A stretch of 64,000 nt of DNA from Octopus sinensis (taxonomy: Eukaryota): positions 39,680,001 through 39,744,000 of the forward strand of contig NC_043003.1 in the NCBI RefSeq assembly GCF_006345805.1, read 5' to 3'. How positions within the stretch are numbered: the first letter of the stretch is position 1; each line of letters starts with the position of its first letter. Made by a program: the position numbers and the translations under genes. Positions 38,760 through 51,836 of the stretch are shown here, piece by piece. A model generated the notes under the pieces. That model was not told the DNA's origin, did no database searches, and saw only the letters and a program-made list of their open reading frames with translations.

Positions 38760-38930
38760 GCGATAGTATAAAGAGGGTGTAGAACGGAGCGTATGTCATT
38801 GCTAAGCAACGCTCACTTCCTCTTGCAGCCTGACTTCCCCCTCTTCACCCTTCACCCCCCCCCGCCTTGACCACCGCTTGCACGGTGGGCCGGTCTTCAC
38901 ACTTCAACGACGTCGGCGACGGTGGTAAGA
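38760..38930. promoter_or_regulatory. CpG-rich candidate promoter or first exon with RFX X-box-like site
   Basis: TATAAA 38767, cattgctaagcaac 38797-38810, cacttcc, GTAAGA donor at 38925; non-repetitive, between (GT)n and (AG)n. Confidence 0.4.
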
Positions 38931-39644
38931 CAGGTATGAAACAAGTAACGGATATGTGGCGAGGGGTAGTGAGAGGAACAGAGGAGCTAGGGGTGTGAGT
39001 GTTGTAAGAGAGAGAGAGAGATGTATAGAAAGGAAATGTAAATGAGAGAGGGAGCGGAGAGACATAAAGAGAGAAATAGCAGGGAAATGTGAAAGAACGA
39101 GAGAGAGAGAGAGTGGGTTGACTGATACAGAACGAAAGGTTTAGAGTGTAAGAGAACTATATAGAAGTACTAAGTCGAAATAGAGTGTTATTATGTGTGA
39201 TTTGGGAAAGGAGAGGAGAATAAGAAAAGAAAAAGGCATGAGAAAAGGTTGGTTGGGTAAAGATGTAAAATAGATGAAGTGGAAATTAATGGAAGTATAT
39301 GTAGTGGATCTTGCATGCATGAAGTGGATTCGATCCACCATAGCCAAATTTAAATTAACACTTTTATCGTCACAACTGTTGACTCCGACATTTCATAATA
39401 TTGTTTATAAATCAATTTTACCCGTTACATATATATAAATTAAAGAGTGATGTACTAAATACTCGCATCTTGTCTTGTATGGATCCACATGTGACACACA
39501 TCATATAATTCTTGGTGTCCATGCATCATATACGATACAGCGACTAACTTGTTACGAAAGGAACATCAGATATTTCTCAGAACGTATGAAATAAGAGCTA
39601 ACTAAAAGTCTGAAAATATTCATAGACTTTTAAAGACAGACTTG

Positions 39645-40060
39645 GGATCTTTTCGGTTTGAACGGCAGTTTTTTCTAGTGGTGTCATATGAAATTGTCTC
39701 CCATAATTATGACCCTAGTATCGTTCTATTGCATTTCAATCTGTTTTAGGGTTAGGGTTAGGGGTGGGGGAAGGGTATCTTTTTTTCTTCAGAAATGTAA
39801 ATAAACCCAATCTGTTTCTTAAACGAGGGACATATTCATATGGCACAGAATGTTTTCAACTCAATAGATGTCATTGATTGGTTGAAATTGCAGAAATTGA
39901 AGGAAAAAAACAACAAATATCTTACAAACTTTAGAATTTTCTCAATAAAGCCAAGAGAAAAAGATGTTTTATAAACACATTCTACCAGTATACGAAGTTT
40001 TAAAGTGTTTAGTTACGTGGAAATTATTTTTAAAAACTGCCGTTCAAACCGAAAAGATCC
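39645..40060. mobile_element. MITE with GGATCTTTTCGGTTTGA TIRs, 8-bp TSD, internal (TTAGGG)n (Merlin-like)
   Basis: TSD cagacttg/caggcttg; other copies 61066-61708, 62815-63216, fragment 50930-51125. Confidence 0.85.
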
Positions 40061-40539
40061 CAGGCTTGTGAAAATGCTTTGGACTGAGTAAATTGAAATT
40101 GAGAAAGAACGTAATTTACAAAATCAAACGCTCAGAAGAAAGCAGAACGGAAATCAGTAGATATTACTGTTAAAATAAAGGCACATGCATTCCGTCAATT
40201 TTACATCATGCTTTGGTAAACTCGTGTTCCCTTCTAAAATTTTTGAAAAACCCCACGGCACTCAAAGCATTATCGCGAGTGATTGAGAGGATGAGGCGCT
40301 AAAACAACCAGGCAGCCTTCCGAGTATAATCTGATACGCCAGTGAGACGGGACACAAATGAAGTTTAAAAATTTCGTCAGTGATCTAGCTTTCAACAACA
40401 TCTCAAAAGCTACGGGTGGAAAATGTAATTTACCGACACTTTACAATATGTCAGTGTCATATTTCGTTCAGCTACGGATGCACTAACCCCCAACTAAACT
40501 GCAGAATGAAGCACGTATGATGAAACAAACGAATCGGTT

Positions 40540-41230
40540 ACGGTGCCTTTATTCCAGGGATAAGGAGAGTCCTTCGAGCCTTTACCATCATCCCTGGACA
40601 GGCTCCAGAGTTGTAGGAATATTTATCCGGGCTAGAGTTCGTTTAATGATTAGGCTTATTTCATCATGGCGACCTTTGAGACCCACATTCAATCAACGCG
40701 ATAATTCCAAAAAGACCCCCGGAATCAAGGGGCTTACCACAATGACACCTCATTCCTCCGCATACATCATTTCCGACTCTAAGAGCGATGGCAATATCGT
40801 GCTCCTCCAAGCTGAGTACGTCACAAACGTTTATCACGAACAAAGCGTCAACCCACTCTCCAGAAAATATGACATTCCCAGAAGGAAGGGAGCACTTTGA
40901 TAAGATATCAAATACATTAAAATGAGACGGGTTCGATGAATGTCTAGGACCATACAAAGAATCTATCCGTACATATGTTTGTATGATATGGAATAACAAC
41001 AAACTAAGTGCAAAAGCTTGTCACTGTTGTGGTCCCTTAGATGAATGCTAAATGTGTCCTATACAGATAGTGACAAACATTGAAATCCTTAGACGATCGA
41101 AGCTTTTTAACAACATAAGGAGACAAAAGGTTAGCTTCACTGGACACCTTATGAGATGATAACGACTTTAAGCACATAGTAACAAACCGAAACTGAAGGG
41201 AAGAAGTCGGTGGAGACAAAAAGAGATGAT
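40540..41230 (-). pseudogene. CRE-like non-LTR retrotransposon C-terminal (zinc knuckle plus RLE) relic
   Basis: SGEWVDAL...IAIALRVG..C...CHCG..LD..G, then RHDEI..IIKRTLARINIPTTLEP, DDGK, PWNKG across frameshifts. Confidence 0.65.
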
Positions 41231-41254
41231 ACTCTTTACGTCTCGGCTTCCAGC

Positions 41255-41640
41255 AAGACTTTTCTACTCTAGGTACAAAGCCCGAAATTTCGGTGGAGGG
41301 GGCCAGTCGATTAGATCGACCCCAGTACGCAACAGGTACTTAATTTATCGATCCCGAAAGGATGAAAGGCAAAGTCGACCTCGGCGGAATTTGAACTCAG
41401 AACGTAGCGGCAGACGAAATACCTATTTCTTTACTACACACAAGGGGCTTAACACAGAGAGGACAAACAAGGACAGATAAACGGATTAAGTCGATTATAT
41501 TGACCCCAGTGTGTAACTGGTACTAATTTAATCGACCCCGAAAGGATGAAAGGCGAAGTCAACCTCGGCGGAATTTGAACACAGAACGTAACGGCAGACG
41601 AAATACCGCCAGGCATGCTAACGTTTCTGCCAGCTCGCAG
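41255..41640 (-). mobile_element. Compound SINE (tail-A unit joined to a headless tail-B unit)
   Basis: Junction aaagaaata|ggtatttcgtctg at 41423/41424. Confidence 0.85.
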
Positions 41641-41789
41641 CCTTTCTGCAAGGCTGACCCAATACTCTGCTCGGTAGTGTTCGGATGAGGAGGACGTGAA
41701 ACTCCACGATCACCGATGCAAGAAGAAGAAGAAGAAGAAGAAGAAGAAGACTATCTAAAAAATGTATATTTAGTGAAAAAAAATGAAAT

Positions 41790-42200
41790 AGTTTCGTACC
41801 TGTCGAATGTTGGGTAATGACTGAAGAGTACGACGGTGATTACAAGCGGCCGAAATGGGATTCCTAGGAAGGATCTCTGGAATAGCGTTAGGATATGTAA
41901 CTCGGAGAGCAGCGAGTCTCTCCAGGTCGAGCCGCTACTTCTCCACATTGAGCGGTCATAGATCCGTTACTACAAAACTACAAACATGAGATTAGAATGT
42001 CGTAGAAAAGAATCGAGAAGCGGAATCTTCGAGCCGAGCCAACGGGTAGGAGGCCTAAGTGCAGACCAAGAACGACATGATTGAGTAATATCTGTAGTCT
42101 CGGTCACACTTGGAAATCCAGCCGGAAAGTCTTATGACCGTTGTTTCTGATACTTCACTGTAAAGATGCCTGAGGATTTTAACCCACGTGACCCTGCTTG
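41790..42200 (+). pseudogene. RTE (Rex3/Expander-like) ORF C-terminal relic
   Basis: ECWVMTE...LQAAEMGFL.RISG...QVEPLLLHIERS...PTGRRPKCRPRT. Confidence 0.7.
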
Positions 42201-42525
42201 GAATAGAGAAGATAGATGGATGGATTCTGTTATTCTATTATTCTGTTACTTGTTTTAGTCATTTGACTACGGCCATGCTGGAGCACCGCCTTAAAAGGTT
42301 TTTATTAGTTGTAAATATCGACCTCAGGACTTATTCTTTGTAAGCGTAATACTTATTCCATCGGTCCATTTTGCCGAACCGCTAAGTTATGGGGACGTAA
42401 ATACACCAACATTGGTTGTCAAGCGATGATTAGAGGACAAACACAAAAACACACACACACACATTCGCCATGATAGATCGCTAACCACTACACATTATTT
42501 TCTCTCCTTATTTCTTTTTGTGTTC

Positions 42526-42561
42526 CTTTCTGTGGAAGAGCGTAGGCTCGAAACGTTAAAG
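42526..42561 (+). ncRNA. Hammerhead-like motif in a Penelope-derived unit (42463-42657)
   Basis: CTTT-CTGTGGA-A-GAGC-GTAG-GCTC-GAAAC-GTT-AAAG; same family as 12826-13000. Confidence 0.45.
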
Positions 42562-42651
42562 ACTTTTTTCACTTCCCAAGCGTTATACTAATACATTTGT
42601 TTGTTGTCTACACCACCAGTCTTCGTCTTTTGTTGTTGTTTTTTTTATTCT

Positions 42652-42703
<52 letters not shown>

Positions 42704-43112
42704 TATATATATACAACGAGCTTCGGAAAACATTCATTGAAATTGTTTAGTTAATGGAGAGGGGTGATAAAGAGATGAATAGGAAATTCATAAAAGAAAC
42801 GGTATGAGCAGGATACAAGATTAACAACGATTGGATTAGAAGTAAAGAATGGGAAAGAGAAGGTAGAGAGAGCAGGACCAAAGTGGAGGGAGATCAAGAA
42901 AAGAAGTATGGAGAGGATAAAGAGATGAGAAAATAAAGAGTGAGGTTGCAGCCATACCTTGAGAAAAATGGGAAAACACCAGAAAATTCTAATCCAATTT
43001 ACTTCGGCTCAGATTTTCTTCTCCTTACTGATTGAATCGACAGTTTTATTGATCAATTTTAAGCAATGAAATTCGTATAGTTTTCACCAAATTATAAGAT
43101 GTAAATAAAATG

Positions 43113-45159
43113 CAGGCATGCCTCACCTTACGTCGTTAATTGGTTCCAGGAGACACGACTTAAATCGAAAAACGACTTAAGTCGAATTAATTTGTCTCTA
43201 GGCTAGGCTAGGCCAAATTTACTTTACGGCTAAACCGATAAGGACCATTCCCAGTTCTGTATTTTATTTATGAATGCATTTTCAATAATACATGATCAAT
43301 AAAAACTTATTTTAGGTTTACAAACAAATGATTTTTATTTTTTAATACAGTACAGTAAAAAAAAATATATAATCTAAATTTACAAATACAATTTGGCGGT
43401 ATTTACCGTACGTCGCGGACGCTTTATTTATGAACGCAGTTTGCAATAAAAATGGTAAAATAAAAGCCTTTTTTAAGCTTAAAAAATAAATTCGGTTATT
43501 ATTATTATTTTGCAATAGTAAAAAAACAAAATAATTTAAAATTTATCATTATGGTAAATTTGATTTGGTGATTTACATCACGGATGTAGATGGCTGTGGA
43601 TCGTCAACATCAACAGCTGACACTGGCTGTTCTTGTTTTTCGATGCGCTTAAAAAACCGGTTGAGAGTTCCTTGAACTGTCTTCATCTTACCTCAAGGAT
43701 TAGATTATAAGGAGCAAAAGCTTCGTGACAAGTCCCCATAATCTTGAAAAAGCGTTGAGCATTTGGATCCATATCTTCGAACATAGAAATACCTTTTTCG
43801 ATATCTGCATTTTTTTAATGGTAAAGGGACGTGGCTCAGGTTCGACTTCATCTTCTTCTTTAGTTTGCTGCTCATGAAGCCCTATCAAATCCTCGTTCGT
43901 CAAGGGCTGCTTGTCTTTTTCAAATAAATCTGTGAAATCCTCCTCCTCCAAATCCATTTCCAGTTTGCTCGTAGTCACCAACGTTTTGTTGATGGCAACA
44001 TTATCAAACCGCTTAAAATCATTCGAGAATTGCGGGCAAAGCTTCTCCCATACACCATTCATAGCCGTGCTCTGTACATCATTCCCTGCCGCTGCTATGT
44101 TTTGTACAGCCTTATAGATATCGTATGTCTTCCAAAAGTCACGAAGTGTGATAGACTCATCAAGATCAGTTGCAGCTATTGCTTGCCGCAGCGTACGCGT
44201 CATATAGTAACGCTTAATTAAAGATAATTATTCCCTGATCCATTGACTGCAGAAGAGACGTGGTGTTCGGAGAGTTGAGGTCAAAATCGATGATGTTATG
44301 CTGGTGGCCAGGAGCATTATCTAAGATAAGTAAAACCTTAAAAGGAATTCCCTTCTCCTTACAGTACTTCTCTTCTGTTGAGATAAAACGATTGAAGAAC
44401 CAGTCTTCAAAAACAACAGTAACCCATGCTTTTGAATTAGCCACCCAGATAACAGGGAGAGAGGCCTTGGGTATGTGCTTCAGGGCACGCGGGTTGTGTG
44501 CATGATACACAAGTAATGGCTTCAACTTAAAATCTCCTGCACAATTATCTCCCAACATAATGGTCACATGTTCTTTTGTGATCCTGTAGCCTGGAATAGT
44601 TTTCTCCTCCTAGAAAATGAATGAACGGTCAGGCAATTTTTCCCCAATACAATCCAGTTTCGTCTACGTTAAAAGCACACATAGCACATTCACTATGAAT
44701 TTTCTTAGAATGTGAAAATAGCCGATAAACAGTCGTAAAAAATCTGAATTCAAAATAATCGCGGGGATCATGAGTGACAATGACGCCTAACGGTAGATAT
44801 TGAAACTACAATGCAATACGAGTTACGAAAGGCTGATAAATAAGACAACACAGCTGATTTTATGATTTTGTTCACTAAGCTACACTACTTTATGGTGTGT
44901 ATCTTAACATTTACTGTACGTATTTTAATATGATTTTATATGCTTTTATTCTCATTTATTGTACAATAACATGATTTTATGTGCCTTTAACGGTTTTCAA
45001 GTGATTTAACGATTCCAATATTTGTGACGGACAGACGTAAAATCGAGTAAAATGACTTAACTTGATTTTTATTTTTCCATATATTATTTTTGAAAACCGA
45101 CATATAATCGAAAACGACTTAAACCGAAACGATTTAAGTCCTACATCGAGGTATAACTG
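43113..45159 (-). mobile_element. Tigger/pogo transposon, decayed DDE_1 transposase
   Basis: MLGDNCAGDFKLKPLLVYHAHNPRAL, LLILDNAPGH, PNTTSLLQSMDQGII; CAG...CCTC ends. Confidence 0.9.
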
Positions 45160-46932
45160 TATAATCTTTTCTCGTTGGACTGCGGCTATACTGGTGTTTA
45201 ATCAAAGAAATCGACTGCAGTGTGCCGAACCGCTAAGTTACGGGGACAAACTAATACCGGCTGTCAAGAGGTGGAGACGAAGTTGATAATCACAGATACA
45301 CACACAGTCGCGCGCGCGCACACACACACGAACACATACACACACGTGCGCGCGCACACACCCTGGGCTTCCTCGCAATTTCCGTCCACTAAAGTCACTC
45401 GCAAGACATTGGTTGGCTCGGGGCTACAATAGAAGAAACTCGCCCAAGAGTGGTTTCGGGACTGAGCCCGAAACCACTCCGTTGCAAAATGTTGCACTGT
45501 TTGATTTATTTTAAAATAACCTGACTAAAATCAGTTTCATTGAAAAATGTGCGATTTATTGCCTGTTATGTTTGCTTTTTTACGCTAATTTATGTCTTGT
45601 GGAGTGGAGAAAGTCGATTATATTGATCCTGCTGCTTACTATGAAAACTTTCACATCGCTATATTATAGTTACACGAGTTTTCTGAGACTTTACATTCAT
45701 ACTACAAATTTTAGCTGCAATAAAAAACCTCAGAGCAGGCAATAAAATGTATTTTCTTGAATAAAAATGACTTTCGTCTGACTGTTTAAGTATATAAAGC
45801 ATTTTGATGGAGATTTACGACATGCAACTGGTGCTAAAACGAATATCCATTTCCAAACTTAAAACTAATAATTACCTCAATTTAGCAACGTTGTAAGTCA
45901 ATTTTCCGAACTTCGTGTATTAATGATGGCTGACAAAGTTAAATAAACTACACTGGATCTATGTAAATTAGCGAAAGGTAAACGTAATAGGTAACGACCG
46001 ACAATAATTATGAAATCTGAAATTGTGTAAAATGAATTTTATTAATTTATTTAATTGGTAAACAAAAATATAAAATTGTTAAACGCAAGTAATCTCCAAT
46101 ACATTTCATAAAGTGGAGGCGCAATGGCCGCGGACTCGCAGTCAGAGGATCTCGGTTTCGATTCCCAGATTTGGCGATGTGTGTGTTTATTGACCGAAAA
46201 CACCTAAAAGCTCCACGAGGCTCCGGCAGTGGGTGGTGGCGACCCCTGTTGTACTCTTTCGCCCCATCTTTCTCTCGCTCTTTCTTGCTGTTTCTTGAGT
46301 AACGCTGCGATGGACTGGCGTCCCGTCCAGCTGGGAGGAACACATACGCCATAGAAACCGGGAAACCGGGCTCATGAGCCTGGCTAGGCGTGAAAAGGGC
46401 GCAAAGAAGAAATAAGAAAACATTTCATAAATGTCGTGAAAACGTTCTATTTGTGTGGTTGAGATCTGATAAACTATTAAACTTTCAATAGATTGTTTCA
46501 ATACACAGTTTTTCTTTGTAGGTGTGTAGGGAACTCTGTGTGTGGGGGGCGTGTGTGTGTGGGAGCGTGGGTATCTGGGAGTGTGTGTTTATTGGGGGGG
46601 GGCATGTGTGTTCGTAGTGTGTGAGTGTGTCCGGTGTATGTGTGGTAGTTTGTACGTGCGTGTGCGTAATGTGTGCGCGCGTAGTCAATGTTTGTGTGGT
46701 AGTTTGTGCGTATGCGCGTAGTCTGTGTGTGTGTGTGTGTGTGTGTGTGCGTGCGTGCGTGTGTGTATCATGCCCGTCGCTAAGGAGGTGCACTAGACGG
46801 CACTGTCCCGTCACTATTCAATGGTGCACCTCAAATTTACTCCACTTTAGCTTTATCACAAATTAGTGCCCACCCAGAATATTCTGAAGCACCCCCAGGC
46901 ACACAAGTGTGACGATGGGCCTGGAGTGGATT

Positions 46933-47166
46933 AAGGCGGCGAGCTGGCATAACCGTTAGCACGCCGGGCGAAATGCGTAGCCGTATTTCGTCTGCCGTTA
47001 TGTTCTGAGTTCAAATTCCGCCGAGGTCGACTTTGCCTTTCATCCTTTCGGGGTCGATAAATAAAGTACCAGTTACGCACTGGGGTCGATGTAATCGACT
47101 TAATCCGTTTGTCTGTCCTTGTTTGTCCCCTCTGTGTTTAGCCCCTTGTGGGTAATAAAGAAACAA
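46933..47166 (+). mobile_element. Young tail-A SINE with ~17-bp TSD
   Basis: atggg(g)cctggagtggat at 46915 and 47167; CpGs intact. Confidence 0.9.
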
Positions 47167-47886
47167 ATGGGGCCTGGAGTGGATATAGTATGTATGTCTG
47201 TAAGCGTGTGATCAAGGGCATTGCTAATTGTTAACTTTGTGTGTACGCGCGCGCGTATAGTGTGTCTGAGCATATGATCAAACGCATTGCTGATTATTAA
47301 CAATTCTTCCACTTTAAATTCAATACAGTTTGTTTTACTTTGGCCGCTAGCTTATTTGTACCAAGTCCGAAAGATCTCTACATCTCTATTTTAAGAACCA
47401 GGTTTTGAACACTGAGCTATTTTCTGCATTGATTTTTATATTATTGCAATAATACCAATAGATGTGAGAGGTTGTTGTGCTCAGCTGTGTCTATATTTCA
47501 TGCACACAAACACACACACACACATTTCCTGAGTCAATGAAAGTGCTAAACAAGTCTTCAGATCGATAATTGACTAAGTGGCATATTGCAGGTTGTTATT
47601 ACAGAATGTATTGTAAATATTCAATATTAATATCACCATGCAACTGTGCTTGTAGGTGTGTCTGTGTGGTAAAGAGTTTGCCTCCCGGCCACACGGTTCC
47701 TAGTTCGGTTCCACTGCATGATGACACCTTGGGCCCTGGGCAAGTATCTTCTACTAAAGACCTGGCATGATTAAAGCCTTGTGCGGAAACCGAAATGAAA
47801 CCCGTCATATGTATATGTGACCGCGTGTGTATCGTTGGCGATTTTCTTTCACCGTCTTCCCTTCCTTGGACCTTTCCTTTTTCTAT

Positions 47887-47921
47887 GTTTCTGACGAAGA
47901 GCTCCGCTCGAAATGTTAAAT
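47887..47921 (+). ncRNA. Hammerhead motif in a Penelope-derived unit (47815-48017)
   Basis: GTTT-CTGACGA-A-GAGC-TCC-GCTC-GAAAT-GTT-AAAT. Confidence 0.55.
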
Positions 47922-48013
47922 CCTCCTTCTTTCTTTCCTTGCCTGAGCGTCCAATAACATTATACTTGTTCCACGTCCTCGCGTTGTTGTGTTTTCTTTG
48001 TTCATGCTTGGAT

Positions 48014-48055
<42 letters not shown>

Positions 48056-48660
48056 CATATATATACATACACATACATGCATATACGTGTGTGTGTCCCT
48101 CCTACCACTGCTTGACAACCAGTCTTGGTTTGTTTACATCCCCTAACTTAGTGGTTAGGTAAAAAGCGGCCGATATGATAAGTACCAAGCTTTAAAAATA
48201 AAGACGTACTGAAATCGATGTCTTCGACAGAATCTTTCAAGAAATGAGCAAACGGTGAAATGTAACTATAAACATATAAACAGTGGACCGTTTCTTTACA
48301 TAATACGGCTTCTAACTGACTTAAGTTTTGTTTCTGAAGATGTTTTATTAGATTTGAAAACAAATTACCGTTTACTTGCTTCAGTCATTAGACAGCAGTT
48401 ATGCTGGGGAACCGCTGTGAGGTCAAACAAATCGTCCCCAGTAATTATTTTTTTAATGTTTGGTACCTATTCTGTCGGTTCTCTTTTGCCAAACCGCTAA
48501 GTTGCATAGACGTAAACAAGCCAACACCGGCTGTCAAGCGGTATGTGGGGTGTGCGCTAACACAAACACAAAAACACACATACACACATACACACACACA
48601 CATACATACATACACATGTACACACACACGCATACATACATACATACATACATACATACA

Positions 48661-48689
<29 letters not shown>

Positions 48690-48691
<2 letters not shown>

Positions 48692-49157
48692 TGGGGCACT
48701 GGGATATGTAACACACTACCTAGATGCCAATCTAGAGAAATTAGGTTTCTCAGAACCAGAAAGGAGAAAGGTGATTCGAAGACAGCAGATTCAAGCCATC
48801 ACTGGAAGTGTAAAAATCTGTAAAACTTTCCAGAAGTTTATCATTCAAGCATATATAGCATGTCTAGACATGCAACTATACGCATGAGAATACATACATT
48901 AAACAAAACATACAAATCTGCACACATACATACATACATACATACATACATACATACATACATACATACATACATACATACATACATTACAAGTGCAATC
49001 TGTGAGTGAAACAGTGAAAATATGCAAGACTTTTCTCATGTTCCAAATGTGAATTTGTTCGTGTTAACTACATCCCGAAGATGGAGCCTTAAAACCTTGC
49101 TGGAAACTGACTCCCTCCTCAGTGGAAGACTTATAATAATTAAATAATAGAAGAGAC
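48690..49157 (+). mobile_element. Two 5'-truncated RLE-type (R4/NeSL-like) retrotransposon 3' ends in (TACA)n
   Basis: IGALGYVTHYLDANLEKLGF...IQAITGSVKICKTFQKF (48690-) and QVQSVSETVKICKTFLMF (~48988-). Confidence 0.7.
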
Positions 49158-49190
49158 ATACATACATACATACATACATACATACATACA

Positions 49191-49221
<31 letters not shown>

Positions 49222-50337
49222 GACGGACCTTCGCACAGATTTTTGTCTATCTATTTTTCTTTACCATGTTATTTCGCATGCTTTCAACGAATGTGACATC
49301 GAAATCACGCGTAAACGGCTCCTTTCCCCAGAAAAGGAAAAATTTGACTGCTATTTCTTGCACGCCCTGCTGCTACATAACAGATATTTTGGATCCTTTA
49401 TCGCAAATAGCTGTTACATAGTAGCAGAGCGTGCTAGAAATAGCAGCCAAATCTTTGGAGGTGAGATACTCGTAAAATCCCAATGGAAAAACGTATTTCA
49501 CCCCGAGGTTACGAACGGGTCTTTTACAAAATATTTACCGTATTTTTAGTCATTTTCACTTTAAAATACTTTTTAAATTTGCCAAAAAAGATTTTTTTTG
49601 TAATGGTATTCAGTTGAAAATAATTTGAAAAACATTAAAATATTGTCTGTTTAAAGAAAGCTAAAAAATAAATACTGTACAAACAACTTACGTTTTTGAA
49701 ATCACATTCACTTAAAATATTTCTAAATGTTTAAGATATTGTGCTTAACAAAAGCAAAAATAGAAAAATTCAGTTTAAAAAAAAACAACTCGTATTTTTT
49801 CATTGTTAAGTCACTGTGCTTAATCGAAAGATAAGACTTTCTTCCTTTCAGAATTAAGATTATTTTCGGAATATTTCCCCCATTATGCCCCTCTATCTTA
49901 AAAACCACTTATCTGATTTACACGAAACTTGTTTCATTCTGTTTGTATTAACACTTCAGGGTAAACTTAATTCATAGTATTTTCCCATTATGTGCTGGTT
50001 TGATTGGGTAACATTGCAAGCAAGCAAGATTTAATCTGACTTTTAATGTATTATAGGTTCAAGCACAGATGTAATTTTGCATGCTAATGATGCAAACTTT
50101 AATCATATTTGTGAAACAATTTTTGATTTTAGCCTATAAGTTTGATCTTTTCTCGATATTTCGGCAATTAGTAATCTATTTATACAGACACAAGCGTAGC
50201 TGTGTGGTTCAGTCCCATTGTTTGATACCTAGGGCAAATATTTTCTACTATAGCCTTGGGCCGACCAAAGCCTTGTGAGTGGATTTGGTAGATGGAAACT
50301 GAAAGAAATCTGTCGTATCTCTCTCCCTCCCTCCCGC

Positions 50338-50442
<105 letters not shown>

Positions 50443-51450
50443 GTGTGTGTGTGTCTGTGTTTGTCCCCAACCACTGCTTGACAACCAATGTCGATGGGTA
50501 TACGTTCCCGTAACGTAGCGGTTCGGCAAAAGAGATCGATACAGCAATTACTAGGCTTATCAAAAAGTAAGTACTGGAGTCGATTAATTCAATTAAAAAT
50601 TCTTCAAGGCGGTGCCACTGCATGACCGCAGTCTAATCACTGAAACAAATAACAGATAAAAGATATGTTCCCATAGAAACTGATGGATATAGCCATGAGG
50701 TTAGGTTTAGGGTTAGAGTTAATATTTCCTGTGCATCGCAAAATTTCATTACTTGGCTAATTCATTTTCTTTCTTTTTCCTTCATTAAACATTTTCATCT
50801 CTAAAAGTTTTCTAATGTTTTTTTAAAAATATTTATCTCAAAATCCTGTCGAGGTCGATAAAATAAGTAAAAGTTGAACACTGGGGTTGATATAATAGAC
50901 CTACCCCGCCTTAGAAATTGCTGACCTTGGGATCTTTACCTTTTGACCGACAGATTTTAAAAATAATTTTCTGTAACTAAACACTTTCAATTTCGTATAC
51001 TTGTAGAATGTGTCACATAAAACATCTTTTACTCTTGGTGTTGTTGAGAAAATTATGTATTTTGGAAGTTATTTCTTGTTAAAGTTGTCGTATTTCGGTA
51101 ATTTCAACCAATTAATGACGTGTATTCAGCTGAATAAAATTACTGCTGTTGTTTGTCAACAACAACTTCCGGCGGTGTATATTTGACCTTGTGCCAAAAT
51201 TTGAAACCAGTATTAATTTCAAAATAAATAAATAAGCTATGACTGCCATAAAATCGTACTTCTTGTATGAAACCGAAGGGTAGAGTGGGAAGATATTGCC
51301 CAATGTTGGGAAAGTCATTGGAAAACAAGTCTAAGTGAAAAGAAGTAGGAACAGGCGTTTATTGAGAAAAGGAGGAAGGAATTCTTTATAGAGAGAGGAA
51401 GAGTAAAATAATGATGTGTGAATGAATTTGTAATAATAATGAAAGAGTGT

Positions 51451-51836
51451 AAGGCGGCGAGCTGGCAGAAACGTTAGCACGCCGGGCGAAATGCTTACCG
51501 GTATTTTGTGTGCCGTTACGTTCTGAGTTCAAATTCCGCCGAGGTCGACTTTGCCTTTCATCCTTTCGGGGTCGATAAATTAAGTACCAGTTACGCACTG
51601 GAGTCGATATAATCGACTTAATCCGTTTGTCTGTCCTTGTTTGTCCTCTCTTGTGGGTAGTAAAGAAATAGGTTATTTCGTCTGTCTTTACGTTCAGAGT
51701 TCAAATTCGGTCGAGGTCAACTTTGCCTTTTATCCTTTCGGTGTCGATAAATTAAGTACCAGTTACGTACTGGAGCCGATCTAATCGACTGGCCCCTTCC
51801 CCAAATGTTTCGGGCCTTGTGCCAATAGTAGAAATG
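51451..51836 (+). mobile_element. Compound SINE (tail A plus headless tail B) inside one 16-bp TSD
   Basis: TSD aataatgaaagagtgt at 51435 and 51837; junction 51670/51671. Confidence 0.9.
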
